The notes below the pieces were generated by a model. It was not told the origin of the DNA, ran no database searches, and saw nothing but the letters and a program-made list of their open reading frames with translations. A program made the position numbers and the translations under genes. DNA of 30,538 bases from a virus (taxonomy: Duplodnaviria > Caudoviricetes), in IMG/VR virus record IMGVR_UViG_3300049893_001639, positions 1 to 30,538 of that record; one strand, written 5' to 3'. This document shows positions 17,095 to 25,409 of the stretch, one piece after another (the first letter of the stretch is position 1; each line of letters starts with the position of its first letter).

Positions 17095-19479
17095 ATGACG
17101 CCTAGCTCTTCTAACCGCTTAGAATTCTTAGACAGGCTGATCAAGCTGATGCAGCTGAGGCAGACGGCGGCGCGTCGGTATCACCTGCCGGGTGAACACG
17201 AGCAGGAATCGCATGGTGGGGGTGGAGAGCATCAAGAGAAGCCGATTGGTAGCGGCGGCAAGATTCATTTAACCAATGAACAGCTTGATAAGAAATTTGG
17301 CAAGCGCGGCACTAAGAATAAAGTTCCACCCGGCACTCAATTCGGTTCGATACTTGCCATTAAATTAAAGTCTGGCGGACTGGTCATGGGCCAAGTGACT
17401 CCGCATGAGAATTGGGCAAAAGGTGGGAAAGACACTGGCAAGTTGATATTGACGACCAGCAAAGGCGAGCGTATCGAGATAGACCGCGGCATGAAGTATG
17501 TCCCGGCTATAGGTGAAAATGCGGTAGGCGGCTTGTGGCAACACGATCCTGACAAAAAAGGCGGAGATATAGAAAGATCGTGGCGTCTAACTCGCGCTGT
17601 TGCTGAACACGCTGAACAAGCCATAGCCAAAGAATATCACCTGCCCGGCCAGCACGAGCAGCAGAGTCATGCAGGCGGTGCATCTGATAATCGTGATCGA
17701 GATTCAAAGGATAGATACAACCATGCTGAAGCGGTTGCGACAGACCCTCATGCCATAGCTCATGTAAGTCTTACGCCTGGCCAACGCAAACAACCGTGGC
17801 AAATGAGCCAACAAGAATACGAATCGTTGCCGGTCGTATATCGCGGAGGCAAAGTAGGTACTGGCTTCATGTTTGTCACTCAAGATAGGCGGTTAGCGGA
17901 AATTCACGGGCAAGGTAGAATCACCGCATTTAAAGTGCTGCCGTCGTCCAAAGTATTCGCCGACCCAGAGATTGAGGGCGAACAGGATAGGGCGTTGAAT
18001 GGATTGGAATCGTTAAAGATAGCGTCAGCCGTGGTTCACGCCAACGACTTGATTCCTAATTTTAGCTATGGCGCATGGAAGCATGAGAGCGGTAAACGCT
18101 ATCATCTCCCTGGTGAACACGACCAAGAGGCCCACGGCAACCGAGATGGCGCAAGCGAGGACAAGCCTGGTGGCAAGGCGGATGTGACTCGGACGCCTGA
18201 GTTCAAGAAATGGTTTTCTGGGTCAAAAGTTGTTGACGCTAAGGGCGAGCCGCTGGTTGTGTATCATGGGACATTCAGAGGGAACAATTTCGAAGAGTTC
18301 AGGTCGACTAAATTCCCAGGTGTCGCCGGTTACTTTTCTACAAGTCCAGAGCTCGCGAGCCTAGCTGCTGAACCGATGTTTAGGAGCGAAGAGGAAAACG
18401 CCAACCCGCACGTTATCCCAGCTTATCTCAGTCTCAAGAATCCATTAGACGCTACGAGTCTAGGCGGCGACCCTGGCGGCCACATAAATTCCTACACGTT
18501 CAGGGAGATCATTTCTAAGCTAGGGTTAAAGGCGAAGGAGCACGAGATCACCGACGTAGACGAGTTTCGCTGGGAGGGCAGAAAGAACCCAGTATGGTCG
18601 GCGCTAGCTACGCCACAATTTATAGAAATTGTTAAGCGCAACGGTTACGACGGGGTTAAATTTCACGATGTGCAATTGCCTGAATATGTCTCAGGACCAA
18701 CTGTCGAATATGTAGCGTTCGCATCTAACCAAGTCAAATCCAAATTCAATCGCGGAACCTTTGACCCCAAAGACCCCCGCATCAGCTACGACCGTTCATC
18801 CAATCAAGTCCATGTTTGCGCTAATGGCAACGGCTACCGCCTGGCCTTGATGGGGTTCGACTTCACCGAACGATCATATCACTTGCCAGGGGAGCATGAT
18901 CAGGAGAGCCATGCAGGAGATGATAAGCCGAGCAGTCGTATTAGCAAACGGCGCGAGTTTTCAGGCAGTCCTGTTCATACTCGTACCCGTTGGACTAAGC
19001 TGGAAACTGGCGAGCGCGGCGAGAGCATAGCGATAAATTACTTACGTAAGCTTGGGTTTAAAGATGCACGCAAGTTCGAGTTTAGCGGGCGCAATAATTT
19101 GCCGGTAGATTTAATTCACGATCATGAAATATACGAAGTTAAGGCGGGCATGATTTACAATCAACCCGACGCGCAAAAGTGGCGCTTGACATTAGGGCAA
19201 CCAGGGAAAAAAGAAACCGAGTGGTTGCATAAAGCGCGAGATTCAGAGCGAGCGGCTTGGAATAAGCGCAAGGCGCAACTAGTTATAAAGCGTAAGCGCG
19301 AATTAGTGCAGAAATTGTCCAAAGAGTTAGGTAGGCCGGTTAAGTTAAAGACCCTTACGATGGTCATAAACCCAGATACGCAGCGCGCCGATTTGCACGT
19401 ATTTGATGGCACGCATCCTATTATCAGGTGGCGGTCGCCAGAAGCGCAAAAGGCGTATGTGGGTACGATTAAATTTTAA
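17095..19479 (+). CDS. Head-associated polyvalent protein: four YHLPGxHxQxxH-tagged modules (unknown, ART-like, ART-PolyVal-like, PD-(D/E)xK nuclease)
   Basis: 'VVYRGG..FVTQDRRLA'; 'FKKWFSGSKVVDAKGEPLVVYHGT..YFST..YLSLKNP..GYDGV'; 'GERGE..VDLIHDHEIYEVK'. Confidence 0.75.
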   Translation: MTPSSSNRLEFLDRLIKLMQLRQTAARRYHLPGEHEQESHGGGGEHQEKPIGSGGKIHLTNEQLDKKFGKRGTKNKVPPGTQFGSILAIKLKSGGLVMGQVTPHENWAKGGKDTGKLILTTSKGERIEIDRGMKYVPAIGENAVGGLWQHDPDKKGGDIERSWRLTRAVAEHAEQAIAKEYHLPGQHEQQSHAGGASDNRDRDSKDRYNHAEAVATDPHAIAHVSLTPGQRKQPWQMSQQEYESLPVVYRGGKVGTGFMFVTQDRRLAEIHGQGRITAFKVLPSSKVFADPEIEGEQDRALNGLESLKIASAVVHANDLIPNFSYGAWKHESGKRYHLPGEHDQEAHGNRDGASEDKPGGKADVTRTPEFKKWFSGSKVVDAKGEPLVVYHGTFRGNNFEEFRSTKFPGVAGYFSTSPELASLAAEPMFRSEEENANPHVIPAYLSLKNPLDATSLGGDPGGHINSYTFREIISKLGLKAKEHEITDVDEFRWEGRKNPVWSALATPQFIEIVKRNGYDGVKFHDVQLPEYVSGPTVEYVAFASNQVKSKFNRGTFDPKDPRISYDRSSNQVHVCANGNGYRLALMGFDFTERSYHLPGEHDQESHAGDDKPSSRISKRREFSGSPVHTRTRWTKLETGERGESIAINYLRKLGFKDARKFEFSGRNNLPVDLIHDHEIYEVKAGMIYNQPDAQKWRLTLGQPGKKETEWLHKARDSERAAWNKRKAQLVIKRKRELVQKLSKELGRPVKLKTLTMVINPDTQRADLHVFDGTHPIIRWRSPEAQKAYVGTIKF

Positions 19480-21201
19480 AGCAGTATGGATTATCCGCTG
19501 AAAGAAGTAGAAGCAGAATTTTTAGCCGCGCTAGATAGTGAAGGCGAGGCATGGTTACGCGAAATGACGGAGCGATTACGCAACGTGCCGAAGAGTCCGC
19601 GCTACGCCTACGCGCGCGCCAATGGTAACGGCTACCGCCTGGCCCTGATGGGCTTCGACTTCACCGACCTGCCGCTGCGCCGTAAGCAGTTCGCGGCTTA
19701 CTTGAGACGTAACGGGGTTGCGCGAGACGTAGCGGAACGGGAAGCGGCGGGGCTTAGGCACTCGTGGGAGTTTGCGGCGTCCACTAGCGGCAAATCCTTC
19801 TTTCAGACTCTTCCCGCATGGCGCGGCACATTGGACCTAACCCCCGGCAGCGATGGGCTTAAGCTGTTCGATGAGTACCAGCATGTGAGGGGATACCATT
19901 TGCCTGGGGAGCACGATCAGCAGAGCCATGCTGGGGAAGATCAGCGTGTTGATGATGATAAGAACTATTTAGGCGGAGGTTCGCGATTGCCTTCGATGGT
20001 TTATCGAGGCGGAAGTAATCAAAATACGTCTGAAAGTTTTCCAGCCGGGGTATATGTTTCAACTAATCGAGATGCGGCTAAGCAATGGGGGCCAGTAGTC
20101 GAGCATAAGATAGTGAAACAACCTAGATTACTTGACCTTGGTAACTGGCACAGCCTTGGCGCTAAGAGCATCGTAGCGCGGCTCACTGGCCAAAGACCTG
20201 GCGGCATGGATTTTAATGACTATGATCAGGCGGCTGCTGAATTATTTATTCAAATGCCAGACGAGCTGGTACGAGTGCTGCGTAAGAATGGGTTTGATGG
20301 CGCGCGGTTCGGTCAAGATGCCTTTTTGATCGGGAAGTTAGATGATTATACTAAGAACGTGAGGCGGCACGAAGCCTATCAGCCGAACGATGACGAGGCG
20401 ATTAAGGTACATCACCAACGCGAGATGACCAAGGCCGAGCGCCGGTGCGACTTCGCGGCTATTAAGAAGCAGTTCGACGAGGATGCCTTAAAGATAGACT
20501 TGGCCATGCGTGAGCCGATCAAGACCGCTCGTGACGCCCTGTTGGCCATGATCCGGCAGTGGGGGCCTAACGAGGTAACGCCTGAGTTCATCCAGTCGGT
20601 TAAGTTAACGACGGGGCCGGAGCTGGGGCAGCTGCTGAACGAATACCTGCTAGCTACGTGGCGCAAGAACAGGGACTTGGCGCTGGCTGAGCTGCCTGAG
20701 GGAACGCAAGCTAGGTTAGCTGGGATGAGAAAGTACCATCTGCCGGGGCAGCATGATCAGCAAACGCACGCCGGGGATGATGAGGGTAACGGCGGCGAGT
20801 ATAATCGCGCAGGCAAGGTAGTCAGTGGGCTAAAGGTACGGTCTTTTGTGCCCAATCAAGATTCTATTGCTGCCTCGCTTACTGATTATGAGATTTTGCC
20901 GGGTATACGCGAGGTGCCATTGGCGTCGTTTGATCCTCAGTATCAGCCGGTACGCGATGATCGCACAAAAGCATTGGCTGAGCAGATTAAGGCCAGTGGT
21001 GAAATTAACCCGTTAATAGTCGCGGTGGATTCTAAGGGGCCTTACATCATCGAGGGCGGTCATCGCTTTGATGCCATGTATTTGTTGGGTGTGAGGTCGT
21101 TTCCAGCGATGGTAGTGATTGATAAAGAAGCTGATGTGCCGAGATTTAAATATGCCCATAAGTATCACTTACCTGGCGAGCATGATCAGCAGAGTCATGC
21201 C
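17179..21201 (+). repeat. Seven dispersed in-frame repeats encoding YHLPG(E/Q)H(D/E)Q(E/Q)(S/A/T)H(G/A)
   Basis: Copies start at 17179, 17635, 18100, 18877, 19894, 20734 and 21163; codons differ synonymously. Confidence 0.95.
18820..19667 (+). repeat. 50-bp direct repeat (18820-18869 and 19618-19667) encoding ANGNGYRLALMGFDFT
   Basis: 46/50 identical, and all four differences are synonymous. Confidence 0.9.
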
Positions 21202-23583
21202 GGAGATAGGGAAGTTGACGATTATAAACGAGAACTGCAGGCTGATGTAGACCAAGCTCCGATAGTTAAACGATTACGCGACGCCATAGTGGCGAAGGAA
21301 GATCACGTTTATAGAATAATAACTGGGCGCGAGTATGATAACGCGCTAAAATCTGGCGTCTTGGTGCCTGGGTACGCGGCGGATACCGGCGGGACGGTTA
21401 ATTTTTCTAAAGAGCCGATTCCATTGTACGGTGGTAGCGCTGTACTGTCTCACGGAATGGTTGTGGAGGTGCCAGAATCGGCTTTTGATTCTCCTAAGAT
21501 TTATCCAGGGTCTAAGGATTTGTACCTTTCTTCCGCCGTTAATGTGCCGTTAAATAAAGCCTCTCGTGCTTGGGGCATTCAATTTGTCAAAGAAGGCATC
21601 AAGGTGGCCTTGCTTGACAGGGTTATAACTAAAAAATATGCCTCTGCTTTCAAGCCCGACGTAGCCGAGCGTTACTTGAAAAACAGAGCGTTAGCTATCC
21701 AAGGCATCGTAGACGACGACCTAACCAAGCAGGTCAAGCTAATCCTGTTCAATGCTTTAAAGGCCGGCCGCCACGCGCAAGAGACGATGGGCGAGCTAGC
21801 CGAGGCGTTCTTTCCGTGGGTGGGCGATCCCGAAAAGATAGTGCCTAGCGGCGTGACCGGAACGCAAGAGGATATATTACAAGCTTATCGGCTAGAGAAC
21901 ATCGTACGCACTGAGACCAGCACGGCTATGAGCGAGGGCAGGGCAGCCGTGGCCGATGCGGCGGCTGACTACGTGAGAGGCTACGAGTTGTCGGCGATTT
22001 TAGACGAAAGGACTTGTTTCAGAAAGGGTGCATTGATAAAACTTGGAAATGGCAAATATGCACCTATCGAAACGATCACTCCCGGCACAACAATTATTTC
22101 CGGTGCCGGTCATCAAAAACGAGTCATCGCAGCTTGGCGATATCCAGCAAGGCACTGGCGCAAGATTACAGTCGCCGATGGTAGATCGGTCATCTGTACA
22201 TACACGCACCCATTCTGGACGCAATCAGGATGGCGCGAAGCCGTGGACTGTACGCCGATTGAAACTCATATCGGAACAGAATCTTGGGAGAGGGTCGAGT
22301 TGGAGGGACTGCCTACAATGTGGCCAGAAGTTTCACCAATTCAACAGCAATCCGCGCAAGTTTTGCTCAAATCGATGTTGTATTGCGTGGGCACAAATCC
22401 ACTTGCGCAAAATCAAACCATGTCGGCATTGCGGTCGTCCTCTTTGCAAAAAAGCTGGAACAAAGAAGATATTTTGCAGCCGAAAGTGCTGGATTGCGTC
22501 CAAGGGAGCCTGGATAGAGATGGTATGCATCCAATGCAAGACCACGTTTCGTCGGATGCACAAGGAAATACAGCGAAAGGGGCACGTAGGAAAATATTGC
22601 AGCCGAAAGTGCTACTTGGCACAGAAGGCAAATCGGACAAAGAAGACATGTCCTATTTGCAAGAAGGGGTTTTCAGTTCCTACCTCCAATGCCAATCGTT
22701 ATATGGCGTGTTCGAAAAAATGTGGAAGGCTAAGACGTCGAAAGGGAATGCCGCTAAAAACAATACGTCGCAAATGCCCAGGATGCAGCAAGGGTGTTGT
22801 ACGTATTCCAACGCCAAGTCGGACAAAGATCAAGAAAGCGTGGTGCAGTATGCGATGTCTAGCGGCATGGCGAATCAAACAAAGAATAGATACTCCATGC
22901 GCTACATGCCACAAAATCATGACACATCCGCTGGGGCAACATCCGATTTTTTGTTCGACTGCATGTTATATGAAAAGCAGCACGCCTACACGCACAGAGC
23001 AAATGGCAGAGAATGTGTTGATATCAATGAACATCCCATATCAAAGAGAGGTCAGACTCAAGAATTATTCGTTAGATTTTCTGATAGACGGATGGCTCGC
23101 ACTAGAGATGGATGGAGTCTTTTGGCACAGCAAGAGCAAGGAGAGGGATGCAAAAAAGAATATTGCGATAAAGAGTGCGGGGTACGAGTTATTGAGATAC
23201 CAATGCAACAACGCCACACCGAGGGCCGCCGTATCACTTCGTCGCATATTGACCATGCGGTTAAACCGACGGCTACGAAGTTTATCGCAGTCGTTGCCAA
23301 CGAAGCAATCGAAGAACCCGAATGGGCCTATGATATCGAAGTCGAGTGCGATCATACATACATCGCCAACGGTTTGATTGTCCACAATACAACTGCTTGT
23401 GAACTAGCCGATGGCGAGAAATTTATGATTAACGACCCGCGAGCCAAGCAGTTAATGCCTCCTCTTCACTGGAATTGCCGCACCGTACCAATTTTTTTGA
23501 CTACCGACGATGAGCCGATAGACTGGTCGTCAGACGAAGAGCTAGATGCCGTGATAGACGCCATCCCAAAAGGGTTTAAGTAA
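19486..23583 (+). CDS. MuF (Mu gp30/SPP1 gp7-like) minor head protein with three tagged inserts (ART-like, ParB-like, ART-like) and an intein
   Basis: 'RLENIVRTETSTA', 'SAILDERT|T..C', 'PPLHWNCRT'; ParB-like 'INPLIV..YIIEGGHRF'; ART-like 'VYRGG..GVYVSTN..A' and 'VYRI..VNFS'. Confidence 0.85.
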   Translation: MDYPLKEVEAEFLAALDSEGEAWLREMTERLRNVPKSPRYAYARANGNGYRLALMGFDFTDLPLRRKQFAAYLRRNGVARDVAEREAAGLRHSWEFAASTSGKSFFQTLPAWRGTLDLTPGSDGLKLFDEYQHVRGYHLPGEHDQQSHAGEDQRVDDDKNYLGGGSRLPSMVYRGGSNQNTSESFPAGVYVSTNRDAAKQWGPVVEHKIVKQPRLLDLGNWHSLGAKSIVARLTGQRPGGMDFNDYDQAAAELFIQMPDELVRVLRKNGFDGARFGQDAFLIGKLDDYTKNVRRHEAYQPNDDEAIKVHHQREMTKAERRCDFAAIKKQFDEDALKIDLAMREPIKTARDALLAMIRQWGPNEVTPEFIQSVKLTTGPELGQLLNEYLLATWRKNRDLALAELPEGTQARLAGMRKYHLPGQHDQQTHAGDDEGNGGEYNRAGKVVSGLKVRSFVPNQDSIAASLTDYEILPGIREVPLASFDPQYQPVRDDRTKALAEQIKASGEINPLIVAVDSKGPYIIEGGHRFDAMYLLGVRSFPAMVVIDKEADVPRFKYAHKYHLPGEHDQQSHAGDREVDDYKRELQADVDQAPIVKRLRDAIVAKEDHVYRIITGREYDNALKSGVLVPGYAADTGGTVNFSKEPIPLYGGSAVLSHGMVVEVPESAFDSPKIYPGSKDLYLSSAVNVPLNKASRAWGIQFVKEGIKVALLDRVITKKYASAFKPDVAERYLKNRALAIQGIVDDDLTKQVKLILFNALKAGRHAQETMGELAEAFFPWVGDPEKIVPSGVTGTQEDILQAYRLENIVRTETSTAMSEGRAAVADAAADYVRGYELSAILDERTCFRKGALIKLGNGKYAPIETITPGTTIISGAGHQKRVIAAWRYPARHWRKITVADGRSVICTYTHPFWTQSGWREAVDCTPIETHIGTESWERVELEGLPTMWPEVSPIQQQSAQVLLKSMLYCVGTNPLAQNQTMSALRSSSLQKSWNKEDILQPKVLDCVQGSLDRDGMHPMQDHVSSDAQGNTAKGARRKILQPKVLLGTEGKSDKEDMSYLQEGVFSSYLQCQSLYGVFEKMWKAKTSKGNAAKNNTSQMPRMQQGCCTYSNAKSDKDQESVVQYAMSSGMANQTKNRYSMRYMPQNHDTSAGATSDFLFDCMLYEKQHAYTHRANGRECVDINEHPISKRGQTQELFVRFSDRRMARTRDGWSLLAQQEQGEGCKKEYCDKECGVRVIEIPMQQRHTEGRRITSSHIDHAVKPTATKFIAVVANEAIEEPEWAYDIEVECDHTYIANGLIVHNTTACELADGEKFMINDPRAKQLMPPLHWNCRTVPIFLTTDDEPIDWSSDEELDAVIDAIPKGFK
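22015..23388 (+). mobile_element. Intein in the MuF domain (458 aa) with an out-of-frame endonuclease
   Basis: 'CFRKGALI', 'CTYTHPF', 'AYDIEVECDHTYIANGLIVHN|T'; removing it restores DERT-TTAC. Confidence 0.92.
22043..23377 (+). CDS. Nested +1-frame ORF: six CxxC...CSxxC zinc-finger repeats plus DUF559/Vsr-like endonuclease (true start uncertain, perhaps near 22259)
   Basis: 'PTRTE...YSLDFLIDGWLALEMDGVFWH...RDAKKN...GYELLR'; repeats FCSNRC, FCSRKC, YCSRKC, ACSKKC, WCSMRC, FCSTAC. Confidence 0.85.
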   Translation: MEMANMHLSKRSLPAQQLFPVPVIKNESSQLGDIQQGTGARLQSPMVDRSSVHTRTHSGRNQDGAKPWTVRRLKLISEQNLGRGSSWRDCLQCGQKFHQFNSNPRKFCSNRCCIAWAQIHLRKIKPCRHCGRPLCKKAGTKKIFCSRKCWIASKGAWIEMVCIQCKTTFRRMHKEIQRKGHVGKYCSRKCYLAQKANRTKKTCPICKKGFSVPTSNANRYMACSKKCGRLRRRKGMPLKTIRRKCPGCSKGVVRIPTPSRTKIKKAWCSMRCLAAWRIKQRIDTPCATCHKIMTHPLGQHPIFCSTACYMKSSTPTRTEQMAENVLISMNIPYQREVRLKNYSLDFLIDGWLALEMDGVFWHSKSKERDAKKNIAIKSAGYELLRYQCNNATPRAAVSLRRILTMRLNRRLRSLSQSLPTKQSKNPNGPMISKSSAIIHTSPTV

Positions 23584-23590
23584 TGGGCCG

Positions 23591-23773
23591 ATGGAAACGA
23601 TTCGGAGGAAAATTCAGCACGAGGACAAGGTCAACGTAGCTTTGGCTAATCTAACTCGCATAGAGGAACTTATCGCTCTCAATAAGCTCAGGCGGACATA
23701 CCCCCATATGGACACGTCGGCGACGGACAAGGAAATTGAGCGGCTGCTGAGAGAAGAGGCTAAAGGCGGGTAA
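23591..23773 (+). CDS. Hypothetical protein
   Basis: Packed helical ORF. Confidence 0.55.
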   Translation: METIRRKIQHEDKVNVALANLTRIEELIALNKLRRTYPHMDTSATDKEIERLLREEAKGG

Positions 23774-23779
23774 TAATCA

Positions 23780-24121
23780 ATGATCAAGTTTTTCTTGCAG
23801 CTGCTGCTTTGCTGGGTCGTGTTGGCGGACAAGCCGCTGTACGTGGTCGACGGCGATACCTTTGACGTGCAGCTCCAGGTTTGGCACAACTTATCGATCA
23901 AGGAGCGCGTGCGCGTGTTGGGTATAGATACGCCGGAGCTGAAGGGCGCTAGCCGTGATAAGGCATTAGAGGCTAAGGCATTTACTCAAAAGTGGTTGGC
24001 CCAAGGACCGTTTAGTTTAGAGACCTGTCAGCGAGACGTCTTTGGCCGTATATTAGCCAAGGTTAGTCGGGGCAGCAGCGTGTTGGCTGAGGAGCTGCGC
24101 AGCGCTGGTCATGTTAAGTGA
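23780..24121 (+). CDS. Thermonuclease (SNase-like) with signal peptide
   Basis: 'VVDGDTF', 'RVRVLGIDTPE', 'DVFGRILA'. Confidence 0.9.
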   Translation: MIKFFLQLLLCWVVLADKPLYVVDGDTFDVQLQVWHNLSIKERVRVLGIDTPELKGASRDKALEAKAFTQKWLAQGPFSLETCQRDVFGRILAKVSRGSSVLAEELRSAGHVK

Positions 24122-24285
24122 TTTGTCGCCGTGTGGAGGGGGTTCCTACGGTTTCCTGCTCGTGTACCAGCAACAATGGCGTGCTTAGAGTCCCTGGGCA
24201 CACGTAATAATGAGGAGAACAGGAAGCACTATACATACGGATTCGAGGCTCACTTGGGCACGGGCGGGAAAATTAACTCCCTTCT

Positions 24286-24495
24286 ATGTCAGCTAAAAAG
24301 ACGATGGTGTTTGAGATCACGTACGAGGTCGCTGAGAAGCTCTTAGAGGCCCACGGCACCTGTTATGGCGAGGGGCAGGCTGGAGTGCCTGAGGAGCTAT
24401 TGGCGGCGATTAGGCAGGAGTACCCGGAGTTAGGCGAGAAGTATTCATGGCTGTATGATCAACAACGTAGGGGGAGGGTAGGGCAAGGTGAGTAA
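24286..24495 (+). CDS. Hypothetical protein
   Basis: Acidic small ORF overlapping the next start. Confidence 0.55.
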   Translation: MSAKKTMVFEITYEVAEKLLEAHGTCYGEGQAGVPEELLAAIRQEYPELGEKYSWLYDQQRRGRVGQGE

Positions 24496-25060
24496 ATTTA
24501 TCGACTTAGGGACGGTGATGGGCAAGCTGGGCAGGCATCCTGGGCTGCTATCATATGAGCAGTCGCAGGCTCTGTTTAACTTTGTTTTAGAGCTAAAGCC
24601 GGGTGACGTTGTGGCGGAGTACGACCCTGACGGCGGCAGGAGTACGGTGATACTGGCGGCTGCGGCAGCCAATATTGGGGCCAAGCTATACGTGTTTACC
24701 GACTGGGAGATGGCTCCTCCACGGGCTGAGGTATATTTTGACCGGGCCGTTAAGACCCACCACCTAGGCGGGGTAGCTACCGTGCTGCCGTGGCAAGGGC
24801 AATTTGCGAATACTAACAACAGCGGGGAGTTGCCCGAGGAGGTAGCCTTGGCTGTAGTTAGGAAGCCCTTGGGAGTTTGGCGAGGCAATAGCCGGGGATT
24901 AAAGCCGCGCAAGGTGCTATTTTTAGGCGACCCGGCCACTAAGTTGGATGGTTGGGAACAAAAGCGGCAGGGGCGTGGCTGGGCCGTGTTAGAGCCGTTG
25001 CCGGTGGTTGCTGTGCCGTTACCTGCGGCGGCCGAGGAGGCCGATGAGTGTCAGCAATAA
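24488..25060 (+). CDS. Divergent class I SAM-methyltransferase-like protein
   Basis: 'GLLSYEQSQALF...VVAEYDPDGGRSTVILA...LYVFTDW' resembles the Methyltransf_24 N-terminus (ExGxxxGxST) in degenerate form. Confidence 0.5.
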   Translation: MSKFIDLGTVMGKLGRHPGLLSYEQSQALFNFVLELKPGDVVAEYDPDGGRSTVILAAAAANIGAKLYVFTDWEMAPPRAEVYFDRAVKTHHLGGVATVLPWQGQFANTNNSGELPEEVALAVVRKPLGVWRGNSRGLKPRKVLFLGDPATKLDGWEQKRQGRGWAVLEPLPVVAVPLPAAAEEADECQQ

Positions 25061-25247
25061 CGGGGCGAGCTATCTGCTGTCCGACGACCAGCGTATCCGG
25101 GACTTGCTGAGGCAGTTTGAGGAGCTGATTGCTCGGTGTCCGGCTGACTTTCGGGGCTGGCAGACAGTTAGCACTACGCGCCGGACCGATTCGGTGCTAG
25201 TGGAGATAGTTTCGAGCTTTAAGCTGGACTTGTTAGAGCCTAAGTAA
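25044..25247 (+). CDS. Hypothetical protein
   Basis: GAGGAGG SD before ATG 25044. Confidence 0.6.
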   Translation: MSVSNNGASYLLSDDQRIRDLLRQFEELIARCPADFRGWQTVSTTRRTDSVLVEIVSSFKLDLLEPK

Positions 25248-25266
25248 AGGCAGGTTAAAATAACTG

Positions 25267-25295
25267 TTTACTTTTTTTATTCGGTAGTGTATAAA
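25267..25295 (+). promoter_or_regulatory. Sigma70-like promoter for the protease-capsid operon
   Basis: TTTACT-17 bp-TATAAA in an AT-rich intergenic stretch. Confidence 0.55.
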
Positions 25296-25361
25296 TAAGA
25301 TTAGTTGTAGTTCGGGGGTGCGGAAACGTCCTCTGCCTGGGCGGGCAGAGTGGGAGCGGTG

Positions 25362-25409
25362 AAGGCCCCGAATAATCGGCTGCAGAGCTGTTTATTCGGG
25401 GCCTTTTTT
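25362..25409 (+). terminator. Intrinsic terminator-like hairpin in the leader
   Basis: AAGGCCCCGAATAA/TTATTCGGGGCCTT 14-bp stem followed by a T tract. Confidence 0.75.

Noticed and set aside
17179-21201. Tag repeats as a DNA-level element (DGR TR/VR, IS ends or CRISPR)
   Set aside because: Variation is mostly at synonymous positions rather than adenine-specific, and no reverse transcriptase, transposase or cas gene is present
22043-22258. ATG 22043 as the true start of the nested nuclease
   Set aside because: It overlaps the conserved Hint N-terminal blocks, and the peptide is unrecognisable until the first CxxC
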